DNA of 64,000 nucleotides, taken from the NCBI RefSeq assembly GCF_055900595.2, contig NZ_CM148325.1; one strand, 5' to 3'. The notes under the pieces were generated by a model that was not told the DNA's origin, ran no database searches, and worked only from the letters and a program-made list of their open reading frames with translations. This document shows positions 18,453-29,273 of this stretch, in pieces; position 1 is the stretch's first letter, and every line of letters starts with the position of its first letter. A program made the position numbers and the translations under genes.

Positions 18453-19139
18453 TTACTCTTCGCTAAACCAGTCGCTGTTTTCCTGGCGGATCTGGCGCAC
18501 GGATTCGCTGATTTCCTGCAAATGTTGCGTCATTGCACGTTCTACCGCATCGCCATCACGTTTTTGCAGGGCAGAGAAAATATCAAGATGCTGGCGTAAC
18601 AGCATTTCTGGTGGAGAAACGTGGTCGAAACTCATATAGCGCACGCGATCAACGGTCGCTTTCAGGTTCTCAATGGTATCCCACGCCAGTTGACAGTCGG
18701 CAATCTGCGTCAGGAGTTGATGGAAGTTGTCATCAAGTTCAAAAAAATCATCCAGTTGCTTGCGCTCAATGGCAATGCGTTGCTGGTGAAGATTTTGTTC
18801 CAGTTGGTAGCACTGGCTTTCGGTAATCATGCTCGCCGCCCGACGCGCCACCGCGCACTCAATGGCCTGACGGATAAAACTGCAGTTGCGCACCTGGGCC
18901 ATGGAAATTTTGTTGACGTAGCTGCCACGCTGCGGACGAATTTGAATCAGGCCGTTTTCCGCCAGTTTAATAAAGGCTTCACGAACCGGCTGGCGTGACA
19001 CATTGAAACGAACAGAAACTTCTTTTTCCGACAACGGTGTGCCTGGTGCAATCAGGCAATGGACAATGTCGCGGCGAAGAATACGATAAATCTGCTGATT
19101 GACAGGCTGTGTGGGATTAAGTTGCGTTTCGACGGTCAT
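18453..19139 (-). CDS. ydfH: GntR/FadR-family transcriptional regulator YdfH
   Basis: 228 aa with N-terminal winged-HTH (GntR) and FCD domain; K-12 synteny. Confidence 0.9.
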   Translation of the reverse strand: MTVETQLNPTQPVNQQIYRILRRDIVHCLIAPGTPLSEKEVSVRFNVSRQPVREAFIKLAENGLIQIRPQRGSYVNKISMAQVRNCSFIRQAIECAVARRAASMITESQCYQLEQNLHQQRIAIERKQLDDFFELDDNFHQLLTQIADCQLAWDTIENLKATVDRVRYMSFDHVSPPEMLLRQHLDIFSALQKRDGDAVERAMTQHLQEISESVRQIRQENSDWFSEE

Positions 19140-19227
19140 TCGTTCTTGCTTGTGAGTGAGTTAACTGCATGAGTCTACCACTTTTTTGTGACAAGCAATA
19201 ACCCGGCAGTTACGCCGGGTATAAAAA

Positions 19228-19974
19228 TTACTGACGGTGGACATTCAGTCCGGCATAGCTTTGGGTAACCGGCATCATTTCCAGGGTATTGATATTGACG
19301 TGAGCAGGCAGCGTTGACACCCACCAGACGGCTTCGCTGACATCTTCTGGCGTCAATGCAACTGTGTTTTGATAGGTTTTTTCCGCTTTACCGTCATCAC
19401 CTTTAAAGCGGACATTGGAAAACTCGGTGCCACCCACCAGTCCCGGTTCGATGTCTGTGACACGTACTGCCGTACCGTGCAGATCTGTGCGTAGATTAAG
19501 GCTGAACTGACGAACAAACGCTTTCGTCGCACCATAAACGTTACCACCAGCATACGGCCAGCTGCCTGCCGTGGAGCCAATGTTAATGATATGACCATGA
19601 TTACGTTCAACCATACCCGGTAAGACGGCCCGCGTCATATATACCAGGCCTTTGTTGTTGGTATCAATCATCGTTTCCCAGTCTTCAACGCTGGCTTTAT
19701 GCGCAGGCTCCATGCCCAGCGCCAGACCGGCATTGTTTACCAGGATATCAATATTGCACCACTCGGCAGGAAGCGATGCCAGCATCTCTTCAATAGCGGC
19801 GCGATTACGAACGTCCAGTTGGGCGATATACAGATTATCACCCAGTTCGTCTTTTAACTCCTGCAACCGCTCCTGGCGACGGCCAGTGGCGATAACTTTA
19901 TGCCCTTGTTGAATAAAACGACGAGTAATGCATTCACCAAAACCTGCCGTTGCTCCAGTTACTAAAACGATCAT
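19228..19974 (-). CDS. ydfG: NADP-dependent 3-hydroxy acid dehydrogenase YdfG (SDR family)
   Basis: Starts MIVLVTGATAGFG (SDR glycine motif); 248 aa; the ORF-track start at 19989 is an extension. Confidence 0.9.
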   Translation of the reverse strand: MIVLVTGATAGFGECITRRFIQQGHKVIATGRRQERLQELKDELGDNLYIAQLDVRNRAAIEEMLASLPAEWCNIDILVNNAGLALGMEPAHKASVEDWETMIDTNNKGLVYMTRAVLPGMVERNHGHIINIGSTAGSWPYAGGNVYGATKAFVRQFSLNLRTDLHGTAVRVTDIEPGLVGGTEFSNVRFKGDDGKAEKTYQNTVALTPEDVSEAVWWVSTLPAHVNINTLEMMPVTQSYAGLNVHRQ

Positions 19975-20110
19975 CTCACTGTTCCTCAACGCTTTTGTGT
20001 GTCAATAACATAGCACGTGATGCTTAAGAGCGGGTAATACTGGTTTGCAAGATTGCACTCCGTTATCAGTAAGCCTACGCTATGGAACACCTCGCGTTCA
20101 GGAGAAGAAA

Positions 20111-22156
20111 ATGACAACAATGAATCCTTTCCTTGTGCAAAGCACACTGCCGTATCTGGCTCCCCATTTTGATCAAATTGCCAATCATCACTATCGACCG
20201 GCATTTGATGAGGGAATGCAGCAAAAGCGGGCCGAAATTGCCGCCATTGAGCTCAACCCGCAAACACCTGATTTCAACAATACTATTCTGGCACTGGAGC
20301 AGAGTGGGGAACTGCTGACCCGCGTCACCAGCGTTTTTTTTGCGATGACTGCGGCGCATACCAATGATGAATTACAGCGTCTTGATGAGCAGTTTTCCGC
20401 TGAACTGGCAGAACTGGCTAATGATATCTATCTGAACGGTGAATTATTCGCGCGAGTAGATGCTGTCTGGCAGCGCCGTGAATCCGAGGGGCTTGATAGT
20501 GAATCCATTCGCCTGGTGGAGGTTATTCATCAACGTTTTGTCCTTGCCGGAGCCAAACTTGCACAAGCTGATAAAGCAAAATTAAAAGTTCTTAATACAG
20601 AAGCTGCGACCCTGACCAGCCAGTTTAACCAGCGGTTACTTGCGGCAAATAAATCCGGCGGTCTGGTTCTGGACGATATTGCGCAACTGGCTGGGATGAG
20701 CGAGCAGGAGATTGCGCTGGCGGCAGAGGCGGCTCGCGAGAAAGGTCTGGATAACAAATGGCTTATTCCGCTGCTGAATACCACCCAGCAACCGGCGCTT
20801 GCTGAACTGCGCGATCGCGCGACGCGTGAAAAACTATTCACTGCGGGCTGGACTCGGGCAGAAAAAAATGACGCTAACGATACCCGTGCCATTATTCAAC
20901 GGCTGGTGGAGATCCGCGCGCAGCAGGCAAAACTGCTTGGTTTCCCTCATTATGCTGCATGGAAAATCGCCGATCAGATGGCAAAAACGCCTGAAGCAGC
21001 ACTCAACTTTATGCGGGAAATTGTCCCGGCCGCGCGTAAGCGAGCAGACGATGAACTTGCGTCTATTCAGACGGTTATTGAAAAGCAGCAAGGCGGATTT
21101 ATCGCCCAGCCTTGGGACTGGGCATTTTATGCCGAACAGGTACGGCGAGAGAAATTTGATCTTGATGAGGCGCAGCTCAAGCCATATTTTGAATTAAACA
21201 CGGTATTGAATGAAGGTGTATTCTGGACCGCGAATCAGCTCTTCGGTATTAAGTTTGTCGAACGTTTTGATATTCCTGTCTACCATCCTGACGTTCGTGT
21301 GTGGGAAATTTTTGATCATAATGGCGTGGGGCTGGCGTTATTTTACGGTGATTTCTTCGCCCGTGATTCAAAAAGCGGCGGTGCATGGATGGGCAATTTT
21401 GTTGAGCAATCAACGCTGAATGAAACGCATCCGGTAATTTATAACGTCTGCAATTATCAGAAACCCGCTGCCGGTGAACCTGCGTTGTTACTCTGGGATG
21501 ATGTGATAACCTTATTCCATGAATTTGGTCATACGCTGCACGGCCTTTTTGCCCGCCAGCGTTATACCACGCTTTCCGGTACCAACACGCCGCGTGATTT
21601 TGTCGAATTTCCATCGCAAATCAACGAACACTGGGCAACGTATCCGCAGGTATTCGCTCGCTACGCCCGGCATTATCAGAGCGGGGCAGCAATGCCTGAC
21701 GAACTGCAACAGAAAATGCGTAAAGCCAGCCTGTTCAACAAAGGGTATGAGATGAGCGAACTGCTTAGCGCCGCACTTCTCGATATGCGCTGGCATTGCC
21801 TGGAAGAAAACGAAGCAATACAGGATGTCGATGATTTCGAATTGCGGGCGCTGGTGGCGGAAAATATGGATCTTCCTGCTATACCGCCACGCTATCGCAG
21901 CAGTTATTTCGCCCATATTTTTGGTGGCGGATATGCCGCAGGTTATTACGCTTATCTGTGGACGCAAATGTTGGCCGATGATGGTTACCAGTGGTTTGTT
22001 GAGCAGGGCGGATTAACGCGTGAAAATGGGAGGCGTTTTCGCGAGGCGATCCTTTCCAGAGGTAACAGCGAAGATCTGGAACGCCTGTATCGACAATGGC
22101 GCGGTAAGGCTCCTCAGATTATGCCGATGCTGCAACATCGTGGCTTGAACGTATAA
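20111..22156 (+). CDS. dcp: dipeptidyl carboxypeptidase II (peptidase M3)
   Basis: 681 aa MTTMNPFLVQSTLPYLAPHF... with HEFGH zinc-binding motif; RBS GGAGAAG upstream of 20111. Confidence 0.95.
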   Translation: MTTMNPFLVQSTLPYLAPHFDQIANHHYRPAFDEGMQQKRAEIAAIELNPQTPDFNNTILALEQSGELLTRVTSVFFAMTAAHTNDELQRLDEQFSAELAELANDIYLNGELFARVDAVWQRRESEGLDSESIRLVEVIHQRFVLAGAKLAQADKAKLKVLNTEAATLTSQFNQRLLAANKSGGLVLDDIAQLAGMSEQEIALAAEAAREKGLDNKWLIPLLNTTQQPALAELRDRATREKLFTAGWTRAEKNDANDTRAIIQRLVEIRAQQAKLLGFPHYAAWKIADQMAKTPEAALNFMREIVPAARKRADDELASIQTVIEKQQGGFIAQPWDWAFYAEQVRREKFDLDEAQLKPYFELNTVLNEGVFWTANQLFGIKFVERFDIPVYHPDVRVWEIFDHNGVGLALFYGDFFARDSKSGGAWMGNFVEQSTLNETHPVIYNVCNYQKPAAGEPALLLWDDVITLFHEFGHTLHGLFARQRYTTLSGTNTPRDFVEFPSQINEHWATYPQVFARYARHYQSGAAMPDELQQKMRKASLFNKGYEMSELLSAALLDMRWHCLEENEAIQDVDDFELRALVAENMDLPAIPPRYRSSYFAHIFGGGYAAGYYAYLWTQMLADDGYQWFVEQGGLTRENGRRFREAILSRGNSEDLERLYRQWRGKAPQIMPMLQHRGLNV

Positions 22157-22200
22157 ACACAACCAATGGCTGTCCTGGAGATATCGCCAGGCCAGCCTGG

Positions 22201-22719
22201 TTATAGCAGTAATTGCAGCAGCTGGGCGAGGGCAAACCTCACCGCTAAAGCTAATACCGTTTCGCAGTCGCCAGCAAAATGCATAACCGCAGTGTAGTTC
22301 TGGCCTTTAATATGCCACGCGAACCAGACGGTACCCGCTGGCGTACCATCTTCACCGCCCTCCGGTCCGCCGTAGCCGGTAATGGCAATACTGACATCAG
22401 CATCCGCACGCTCTATGGCACCGGTTGCCATTTCTGCTGCCACTTTCTCACTCACCGCAGAATATCGTTCAAGAGATTGCTGGCTTACGCTGAGGATTTT
22501 CATCTTTGCCTGATCGGTGAAAGTAACAAAGCCTGCACCGTAAAATTTGGGTGTATCTTCAGCTGCACACAGGGCGCTAGCCAACTTACCGCCGGTGCAT
22601 GATTCGGCGGTAGTTAAGCGTAATTGATCCGCGATAAGTCTTTGACTCAACGCGGATGTCAGGTTTTCAATAGTGTCGGTATCTGCGAGTTGTACAATTT
22701 TATCTTTATTAATGTTCAC
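22201..22719 (-). CDS. ydeJ: CinA C-terminal domain family protein YdeJ
   Basis: 172 aa; matches K-12 YdeJ; synteny. Confidence 0.85.
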   Translation of the reverse strand: MNINKDKIVQLADTDTIENLTSALSQRLIADQLRLTTAESCTGGKLASALCAAEDTPKFYGAGFVTFTDQAKMKILSVSQQSLERYSAVSEKVAAEMATGAIERADADVSIAITGYGGPEGGEDGTPAGTVWFAWHIKGQNYTAVMHFAGDCETVLALAVRFALAQLLQLLL

Positions 22720-22994
22720 TGTTTTTTGTCCACGCTATTATATGTAAAGGTGATTTGCTTTTTCTGTATGCTCGTCCAATATAATAATTTTCAAACATAT
22801 AAATCCGATTATTCTGAAAATATGTTTAAGACTCTTCAATCTTCTTAACTTTAGTGAGTTAAATTCTCTGAATATTTGACAGCTAGTTGGCTGATTTTAA
22901 ATGCCTTATAACAATTGGCAGTATTCTTATTTGGCAATTATAAAAATAGCAACCAGACTTAATAAGTCAAACCAAACGCAATTAAGGAGTTAGT

Positions 22995-23387
22995 ATGAAA
23001 TTTCAGGCCATTGTATTAGCAAGTTTTCTTGTCATGCCTTATGCGTTGGCAGATGACCAGGGCGGTTTAAAACAGGATGCAGCGCCACCACCGCCTCATG
23101 CAATAGAAGATGGCTATCGCGGAACCGATGATGCAAAAAAAATGACCGTTGATTTCGCAAAAACCATGCACGATGGCGCTTCGGTTTCACTACGCGGTAA
23201 TTTGATTTCTCACAAAGGAGAGGACCGTTACGTTTTTCGCGATAAGAGCGGTGAAATTAATGTTGTTATTCCTGCGGCAGTCTTTGATGGACGAGAAGTT
23301 CAGCCGGACCAGATGATCAACATTAGCGGCAGTCTGGATAAGAAAAGCGCGCCGGCCGTCGTTCGGGTCACTCATTTGCAGAAATAA
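22995..23387 (+). CDS. ydeI: BOF/YgiW-family periplasmic OB-fold stress protein YdeI
   Basis: 130 aa with signal peptide [19 protein letters not shown]; K-12 synteny. Confidence 0.85.
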
Positions 23388-23641
23388 AAATAAATTAGCC
23401 TGATGGCCTGAACTACTGGGCCATTAGGGTATTGGGTTATGCTATTTGTCATCCTTTTAATTGCGATAATGCAGAGTTAATTTATAGAATTAAACACTTT
23501 TTTATCTGCTGATTTTGTTTTAAATCACAATGTTATCTCAGAGATGGCTCATAACTTCGGATTTCTATGAAAATATTGACGTAATTTTGCTTTTCTCTCG
23601 TTAGAATAGCGCGCACAAGGAACTGTGAAAAAGGAGTGGCA

Positions 23642-24532
23642 ATGATCAAGAAGACAACGGAAATTGATGCCATCTTGTTAAATCTCAATAAGGCTATCGA
23701 TGCCCACTACCAGTGGCTGGTAAGTATGTTTCACAGCGTGGTCGCGAGAGATGCCAGTAAGCCAGAAATAACGGATAACCATTCTTATGGACTGTGCCAG
23801 TTTGGTCGGTGGATTGATCATCTGGGGCCACTCGATAACGATGAATTACCTTACGTTCGGCTAATGGATTCTGCCCATCAACATATGCATAACTGTGGTC
23901 GGGAATTAATGCTGGCTATTGTTGAAAATCACTGGCAGGACGCGCATTTCGACGCCTTTCAGGAAGGGTTGCTTTCTTTTACTGCGGCATTAACCGATTA
24001 CAAAATTTATTTGCTGACGATCCGTAGCAATATGGATGTTTTGACGGGTTTGCCGGGTCGTCGGGTTCTTGATGAATCCTTTGATCATCAGTTACGCAAC
24101 GCTGAACCTCTGAATCTTTATTTAATGTTGTTGGATATTGACCGATTTAAATTGGTTAATGATACCTACGGGCATTTAATCGGCGATGTAGTATTACGCA
24201 CCCTGGCAACTTACTTAGCCAGTTGGACGCGCGATTACGAAACGGTTTATCGCTACGGTGGCGAAGAATTTATCATTATTGTGAAAGCGGCTAATGATGA
24301 AGAAGCATGTCGTGCAGGTGTCAGAATTTGCCAGTTAGTCGATAACCATGCCATCACACATTCTGAAGGGCATATCAACATTACCGTGACTGCTGGTGTG
24401 AGTCGTGCATTTCCTGAAGAGCCTCTGGATGTGGTCATTGGAAAAGCGGACCGGGCAATGTATGAGGGTAAGCAAACCGGAAGAAATCGCTGTATGTTTA
24501 TTGACGAACAAAACGTGATTAACCGAGTTTAA
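23642..24532 (+). CDS. dgcZ: zinc-sensing diguanylate cyclase DgcZ (YdeH)
   Basis: 296 aa MIKKTTEIDAILLNL... with GGEEF motif (RYGGEEF); CZB domain N-terminal. Confidence 0.95.
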   Translation: MIKKTTEIDAILLNLNKAIDAHYQWLVSMFHSVVARDASKPEITDNHSYGLCQFGRWIDHLGPLDNDELPYVRLMDSAHQHMHNCGRELMLAIVENHWQDAHFDAFQEGLLSFTAALTDYKIYLLTIRSNMDVLTGLPGRRVLDESFDHQLRNAEPLNLYLMLLDIDRFKLVNDTYGHLIGDVVLRTLATYLASWTRDYETVYRYGGEEFIIIVKAANDEEACRAGVRICQLVDNHAITHSEGHINITVTAGVSRAFPEEPLDVVIGKADRAMYEGKQTGRNRCMFIDEQNVINRV

Positions 24533-24574
24533 GCTCCGTTTAACATTCATTGAGAAAACTGATGCTACTGTGTC

Positions 24575-24675
24575 AACGATCCGTTATCAGTGCAGGAAAA
24601 TGCCTGTTAGCGTAAAAGCAAAACACAAATCTATCCATGCAAGCATTCACCGCCGGTTTACTGGCGGTTTTTTTT
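24575..24675 (+). ncRNA. mgrR: candidate MgrR small RNA (PhoP-regulated); start and strand are inferred
   Basis: Intergenic dgcZ-mgtS position matches the K-12 mgrR locus; strong plus-strand terminator (ACCGCCGG-uuua-CUGGCGGU plus U7) at 24649-24675; PhoP-box-like GTTTAA-n5-CATTGA near 24538-24554. Confidence 0.4.
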
Positions 24676-24683
24676 CGCCGTCA

Positions 24684-24722
24684 TAAAAATCAGGCCCCTT
24701 GTACACAGTTGTAACAAGGGGC
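24684..24722 (-). terminator. rho-independent terminator downstream of mgtS
   Basis: GGCCCCTTG...CAAGGGGCC hairpin with a U-run on the minus transcript. Confidence 0.6.
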
Positions 24723-24750
24723 CGGTTAGGTGAGGGATTATCTCCGTTCA

Positions 24751-24846
24751 TTAGTCATCCCATTTGTGGCTGAAATACGCGGCCAGAAAACCAGAAAATA
24801 AAATTATTCCCAGTACGGCCATAAAAACATTCATATTACCCAGCAT
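24751..24846 (-). CDS. mgtS: small membrane protein MgtS (YneM), 31 aa
   Basis: Minus strand translates exactly to MLGNMNVFMAVLGIILFSGFLAAYFSHKWDD*; RBS GGAGG upstream; too short for the ORF track. Confidence 0.85.
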   Translation of the reverse strand: MLGNMNVFMAVLGIILFSGFLAAYFSHKWDD

Positions 24847-24972
24847 TATTTGCCTCCGTTTATGGTGTGGTGTGTTTCCTCGCTTACCTTAATTTTCATC
24901 TCAATGAGAAAGATATTAGCAGAGGTAACCTAAACGAAGGCTGAATTAAATTTTTATTGTGTTCGACTTAAA

Positions 24973-26160
24973 TCAACAAAGCGCGGGCTGCCCCCACGGT
25001 CTTGCACGAATCCCTTTTAACATCAGCACCCACGCAGCAATGATCACCAACGCTAAGATGATAAACAGCGAGGAAGGCGGCAGGCTGGTTAGCACTACGC
25101 CACTCACTAATGGGTTAATCGCCGCACCAAGCCAGCCTAAAGACTGAGCGGAAAAATAGCTGGCTTTCATTCCTGCCGGCGCAATATGGTCAATCAACAT
25201 ATACTCGCCCGGCGCATAAATGATTTCACCGACAGTAAATACCGCAGCTGACATACCCCACAATAGCAGGCTGTTGCCGGAAAAAATAAAACCGACCAGC
25301 CCAATGACGAAACAGAGGGTGCCTGCTGTCATCAGCGCGCGGATGTTAGCCGGGTTAAGGCGGCGGCCCACGGAATATTGCAACGTAACCACCATGGCAG
25401 CATTCACCGGAAGAACAACCGCGACCACCTTTTCGGCAAAATCCCCATCAGCAATCACCATCACATATTGTGAAATGCATGAAGCAAATGCGCCGCTAAC
25501 AAAAGAAGCCAGAAAACCAGAGCAGGTAAACCACAACAGTGCTTTATCTTGTAATAAAACTTTCGGCGACCAGACACTGCCTGTTTCCGTGGCGATGATT
25601 TTCTCGCTGCGCTTTACCCAAATTTGAATGAAAAGCATGGGAAACGCGGAACAGATAGCTGCCAGCCAAAAGGGCAGATTGATGCTCTGCATCACCAACA
25701 GCGTGCCGAGCGGCGGACCGATGGTCCAGCCAATGTTGAGCATGGTGTAGTTGATTGAGAAGATTTTCGTTTTGCTGGTGGACGAAAGATTGTCGGCAAA
25801 CCAGGCTTTCAACACGGTAGCAAAAACGGAATAGGCGCAGTTAATAAGGGCAAAAAAGAGCACCACCAGCGTCACGTTATTCACTAAAGGAATGGCAATA
25901 AAACCGCTAGCGAAGGCGGTAATTGCCAGTAACATATAGCGTTTCTTGTCGAACTTATCCGCCAGGATACCAAAACCGAGGCTAAAAACGACGCCAATAG
26001 TGAGCGCAATTGTCATCGCATAACCGATTAGATCGACACTCAGGCTGTACTGGCGACTCAAGTAAATGGTCATAAATGGCAGCGTAGCGCCGCGTCCGAT
26101 GGTTAATAACAACGACGAGGCAAGAAGGGCGCTGGTAGAGCGTCGTAGGGATAAGTTCAT
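24973..26160 (-). CDS. ydeE: MFS efflux transporter YdeE (dipeptide exporter)
   Basis: 395 aa, 12-TM MFS pattern; K-12 synteny between mgtS and eamA. Confidence 0.9.
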   Translation of the reverse strand: MNLSLRRSTSALLASSLLLTIGRGATLPFMTIYLSRQYSLSVDLIGYAMTIALTIGVVFSLGFGILADKFDKKRYMLLAITAFASGFIAIPLVNNVTLVVLFFALINCAYSVFATVLKAWFADNLSSTSKTKIFSINYTMLNIGWTIGPPLGTLLVMQSINLPFWLAAICSAFPMLFIQIWVKRSEKIIATETGSVWSPKVLLQDKALLWFTCSGFLASFVSGAFASCISQYVMVIADGDFAEKVVAVVLPVNAAMVVTLQYSVGRRLNPANIRALMTAGTLCFVIGLVGFIFSGNSLLLWGMSAAVFTVGEIIYAPGEYMLIDHIAPAGMKASYFSAQSLGWLGAAINPLVSGVVLTSLPPSSLFIILALVIIAAWVLMLKGIRARPWGQPALC

Positions 26161-26354
26161 TTGTCTGTCCGGCAGTGCGTTTCGTTATGTTTTGTTTTAG
26201 AGATGTAAAGAAATAGCATGGCAAAAATCCGAAGTATAGCGACTTATTTGCGCATTAATGCCGTCGTAACCGGCGACTAACGAATCAACTGTTAAAGAAA
26301 AGTAAATTCAGCTAAGTTGATTGCTTACAAAAGATGAAATTCAGAGGCGGTAGA

Positions 26355-27254
26355 ATGTCGCGAAAAGATGGGGTGTTGGCGCTACTGGTAGTGGTCGTAT
26401 GGGGGCTAAATTTTGTGGTCATCAAAGTGGGGCTTCATAACATGCCACCGCTGATGCTGGCCGGTTTGCGCTTTATGCTAGTCGCTTTTCCGGCCATCTT
26501 TTTTGTCGCACGACCGAAAGTACCACTGAATTTGCTGCTGGGGTATGGATTAACCATCAGTTTTGCGCAGTTTGCCTTTCTGTTCTGTGCCATAAATTTT
26601 GGTATGCCTGCTGGGCTGGCCTCACTGGTATTACAGGCTCAGGCGTTTTTTACTATTGTGCTCGGTGCGTTTACTTTTGGCGAACGGCTGCACGGTAAGC
26701 AACTGGCGGGGATCGCGTTAGCGATTTTTGGCGTACTGGTGTTAATCGAAGATAGTTTTAACGGTCAGCATGTGGCGATGCTCGGCTTTATGTTGACCCT
26801 GGCGGCAGCATTTAGTTGGGCGTGCGGCAATATCTTCAATAAAAAAATAATGTCACACTCAACGCGTCCGGCAGTGATGTCGCTGGTCATCTGGAGCGCA
26901 TTAATCCCGATCATTCCTTTCTTTGTTGCCTCGCTGATTCTCGATGGTTCCGCAACCATGATTCACAGCCTGGTCACTATCGATATGACCACCATCTTGT
27001 CTCTGATGTATCTGGCGTTTGTGGCGACAATTGTTGGTTATGGGATCTGGGGGACGTTACTGGGACGCTATGAAACCTGGCGGGTTGCACCGTTATCGTT
27101 ACTGGTGCCCGTAGTAGGACTGGCAAGTGCAGCACTATTATTGGATGAACGCTTAACGGGTCTGCAATTCTTTGGTGCGGTGCTCATTATGACCGGGCTA
27201 TATATCAATGTGTTTGGTATGCGGTGGCGTAAAACCGTGAAAGTGAGAGGCTAA
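26355..27254 (+). CDS. eamA: cysteine/O-acetylserine exporter EamA (YdeD), DMT superfamily
   Basis: 299 aa MSRKDGVLALLVVVVWGLNFVVIKVG...; the ORF-track start at 26334 is an extension. Confidence 0.9.
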   Translation: MSRKDGVLALLVVVVWGLNFVVIKVGLHNMPPLMLAGLRFMLVAFPAIFFVARPKVPLNLLLGYGLTISFAQFAFLFCAINFGMPAGLASLVLQAQAFFTIVLGAFTFGERLHGKQLAGIALAIFGVLVLIEDSFNGQHVAMLGFMLTLAAAFSWACGNIFNKKIMSHSTRPAVMSLVIWSALIPIIPFFVASLILDGSATMIHSLVTIDMTTILSLMYLAFVATIVGYGIWGTLLGRYETWRVAPLSLLVPVVGLASAALLLDERLTGLQFFGAVLIMTGLYINVFGMRWRKTVKVRG

Positions 27255-27256
27255 AA

Positions 27257-27276
27257 GGCCCCGAGATGTCGGGGCC
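27257..27276. terminator. bidirectional stem-loop between eamA and marB
   Basis: GGCCCCG-agatgt-CGGGGCC hairpin right after the eamA stop. Confidence 0.5.
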
Positions 27277-27284
27277 AGAATAAA

Positions 27285-27503
27285 TTACATAGCGTGTTGA
27301 TTATAATAGGGCACGCCGAGCGCATCCGACTTATCACTGCCAGTACCCATGTGATTTAAATCAAACGGTGGTTGTTCCTGCGATGGGGGAACAACCACCA
27401 CATTGCCACAGGAAGTAACAACCGGCTGCGTGGTTTGTTCCGCAAAGCTCTGCGCAGAGAAGAGAATAAGCGCAGTTACCATTGCGGATAAAAGTGGTTT
27501 CAT
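27285..27503 (-). CDS. marB: multiple antibiotic resistance protein MarB
   Basis: 72 aa with signal peptide MKPLLSAMVTALILFSAQSFA; position downstream of marA. Confidence 0.9.
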   Translation of the reverse strand: MKPLLSAMVTALILFSAQSFAEQTTQPVVTSCGNVVVVPPSQEQPPFDLNHMGTGSDKSDALGVPYYNQHAM

Positions 27504-27534
27504 GATTGCCTCAGTGACGTTGTCACGTTATCAA

Positions 27535-27918
27535 CTAGCTGTTGTAATGATTTAATGGATGTAAAAAGCGCGATTCGCCCTGCATATTGGTCATCCGGTA
27601 TTTATGTGGCGGAACATCAAAGTAATTTTTGAAGGTTCGGGTCAGAGTTTGTTGCGACTCGAAGCCATATCGTTCTGCCAGATAGAGTATCGGCTCGTTA
27701 CTTTCCTTCAGCTTTTGCGCGATTTCCGTCATCTTACGGCTGCGGATGTATTGGCCTAATGAATGACCGGTTTCTTTTTTAAACATCCGTTGCAGGTGCC
27801 ATTTGGAGTAACCCGAACGCTCTGACACTTTCTCCAGTGACAGTGGCGATTCCAGGTTATCCTCGATCCAGTCCAAAATGCTATGAATGGTAATAGCGTC
27901 AGTATTGCGTCTGGACAT
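27535..27918 (-). CDS. marA: AraC/XylS-family transcriptional activator MarA
   Basis: 127 aa [62 protein letters not shown]...; the longer ORF-track start is rejected. Confidence 0.95.
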
Positions 27919-27937
27919 CGTCATACCTCTTTTTTGT

Positions 27938-28372
27938 TTACGGCAGGACTTTCTTAAGCAAATGCTCAAGTGTTGCCACTTCGTCCGCCGTCAGGTTTTT
28001 TGTTAATTCTTGATGCAGGTCCTGGCCAACTAATTGATGGCATTGTTCACATATTGCCGCGCCGCTGGTGGTAAGTTTTACCAGTACGCCGCGCTTATCA
28101 TTCGGGTTCGGCAACCTTTCCACCCAGCCTTTACAAACCAGGCGATCCAGCATACGGGTCAGCGCTCCCAGGTCGACCGACAACACTTTTTTCAGTTCAA
28201 CCGGAGTAATACACGACGCGCAGCGGATAGAGCAGAGCACCTTAAACTGTGCCGCGGTAATATCCAGCGGAGACAGATACTCGTTAAGCAGGCGATCTTT
28301 CTTCTGATTAACCATATGGATTAAGCGACCCAATGGAATAATTTCATTGAACAGATCGCTGGTACTTTTCAC
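27938..28372 (-). CDS. marR: transcriptional repressor MarR (GTG start)
   Basis: 144 aa (V/M)[51 protein letters not shown]... winged helix. Confidence 0.95.
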
Positions 28373-28583
28373 ATTAGTTGCCCTGGCAAGTAATTAGTTG
28401 CAGGGGATAATATTGCCCAGGCAAGTATAAGTCAAATGAATGAATTGACCGATGCCACGTTTTGCTAAATCGGTTCAAGTTTTGGTCAATGCGATTCAAG
28501 GCTAGCTAAAGAGTGACACTTTATCGTTGTTTACCCCTTATACTTTTCGCTGATAACCCAGATACACAGGATAACAACCACTA
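28373..28583. promoter_or_regulatory. marO operator/promoter region with two MarR-binding palindromes
   Basis: TTGCCctGGCAA at 28378-28389 and TTGCCcaGGCAA at 28413-28424, directly upstream of marR; divergent marC promoter. Confidence 0.8.
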
Positions 28584-29249
28584 ATGTTAGATTTGTTTAA
28601 AGCAATAGGCCTGGGGCTGGTGGTGTTACTGCCGTTAGCTAACCCATTAACAACTGTCGCGTTATTTCTTGGTCTGGCAGGCAACATGAACAGTGCCGAA
28701 CGTAATCGTCAGTCGTTGATGGCCTCGGTGTACGTCTTTGCCATCATGATGGTGGCGTATTACGCCGGGCAACTGGTGATGGATACATTTGGCATTTCGA
28801 TTCCCGGTCTGCGAATTGCAGGCGGCTTAATCGTCGCGTTTATCGGTTTTCGGATGCTCTTTCCGCAACAGAAAGCGATTGATTCACCGGAAGCGAAAAG
28901 CAAGTCGGAAGAGCTGGAAGATGAACCCAGCGCCAATATTGCCTTTGTACCTCTGGCAATGCCTAGTACCGCCGGTCCGGGAACCATTGCGATGATTATT
29001 AGCTCGGCGTCCACTGTGCGTCAGAGTTCAACCTTCGCTGATTGGGTACTGATGGCTGCGCCGCCGCTGATCTTTTTCCTGGTGGCGGTTATTTTGTGGG
29101 GAAGCCTACGCAGCTCTGGCGCAATTATGCGGCTGGTGGGCAAGGGGGGAATTGAAGCGATCTCCCGTCTGATGGGATTCCTGCTGGTATGTATGGGTGT
29201 GCAGTTTATTATTAACGGCATCCTGGAAATCATTAAAACGTATCATTAA
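28584..29249 (+). CDS. marC: inner membrane protein MarC (UPF0056/MarC family)
   Basis: 221 aa multi-TM protein [31 protein letters not shown]...; divergent from marRAB. Confidence 0.9.
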   Translation: MLDLFKAIGLGLVVLLPLANPLTTVALFLGLAGNMNSAERNRQSLMASVYVFAIMMVAYYAGQLVMDTFGISIPGLRIAGGLIVAFIGFRMLFPQQKAIDSPEAKSKSEELEDEPSANIAFVPLAMPSTAGPGTIAMIISSASTVRQSSTFADWVLMAAPPLIFFLVAVILWGSLRSSGAIMRLVGKGGIEAISRLMGFLLVCMGVQFIINGILEIIKTYH

Positions 29250-29273
29250 AAAAGGCCCGAATGGGCCTTTCAA

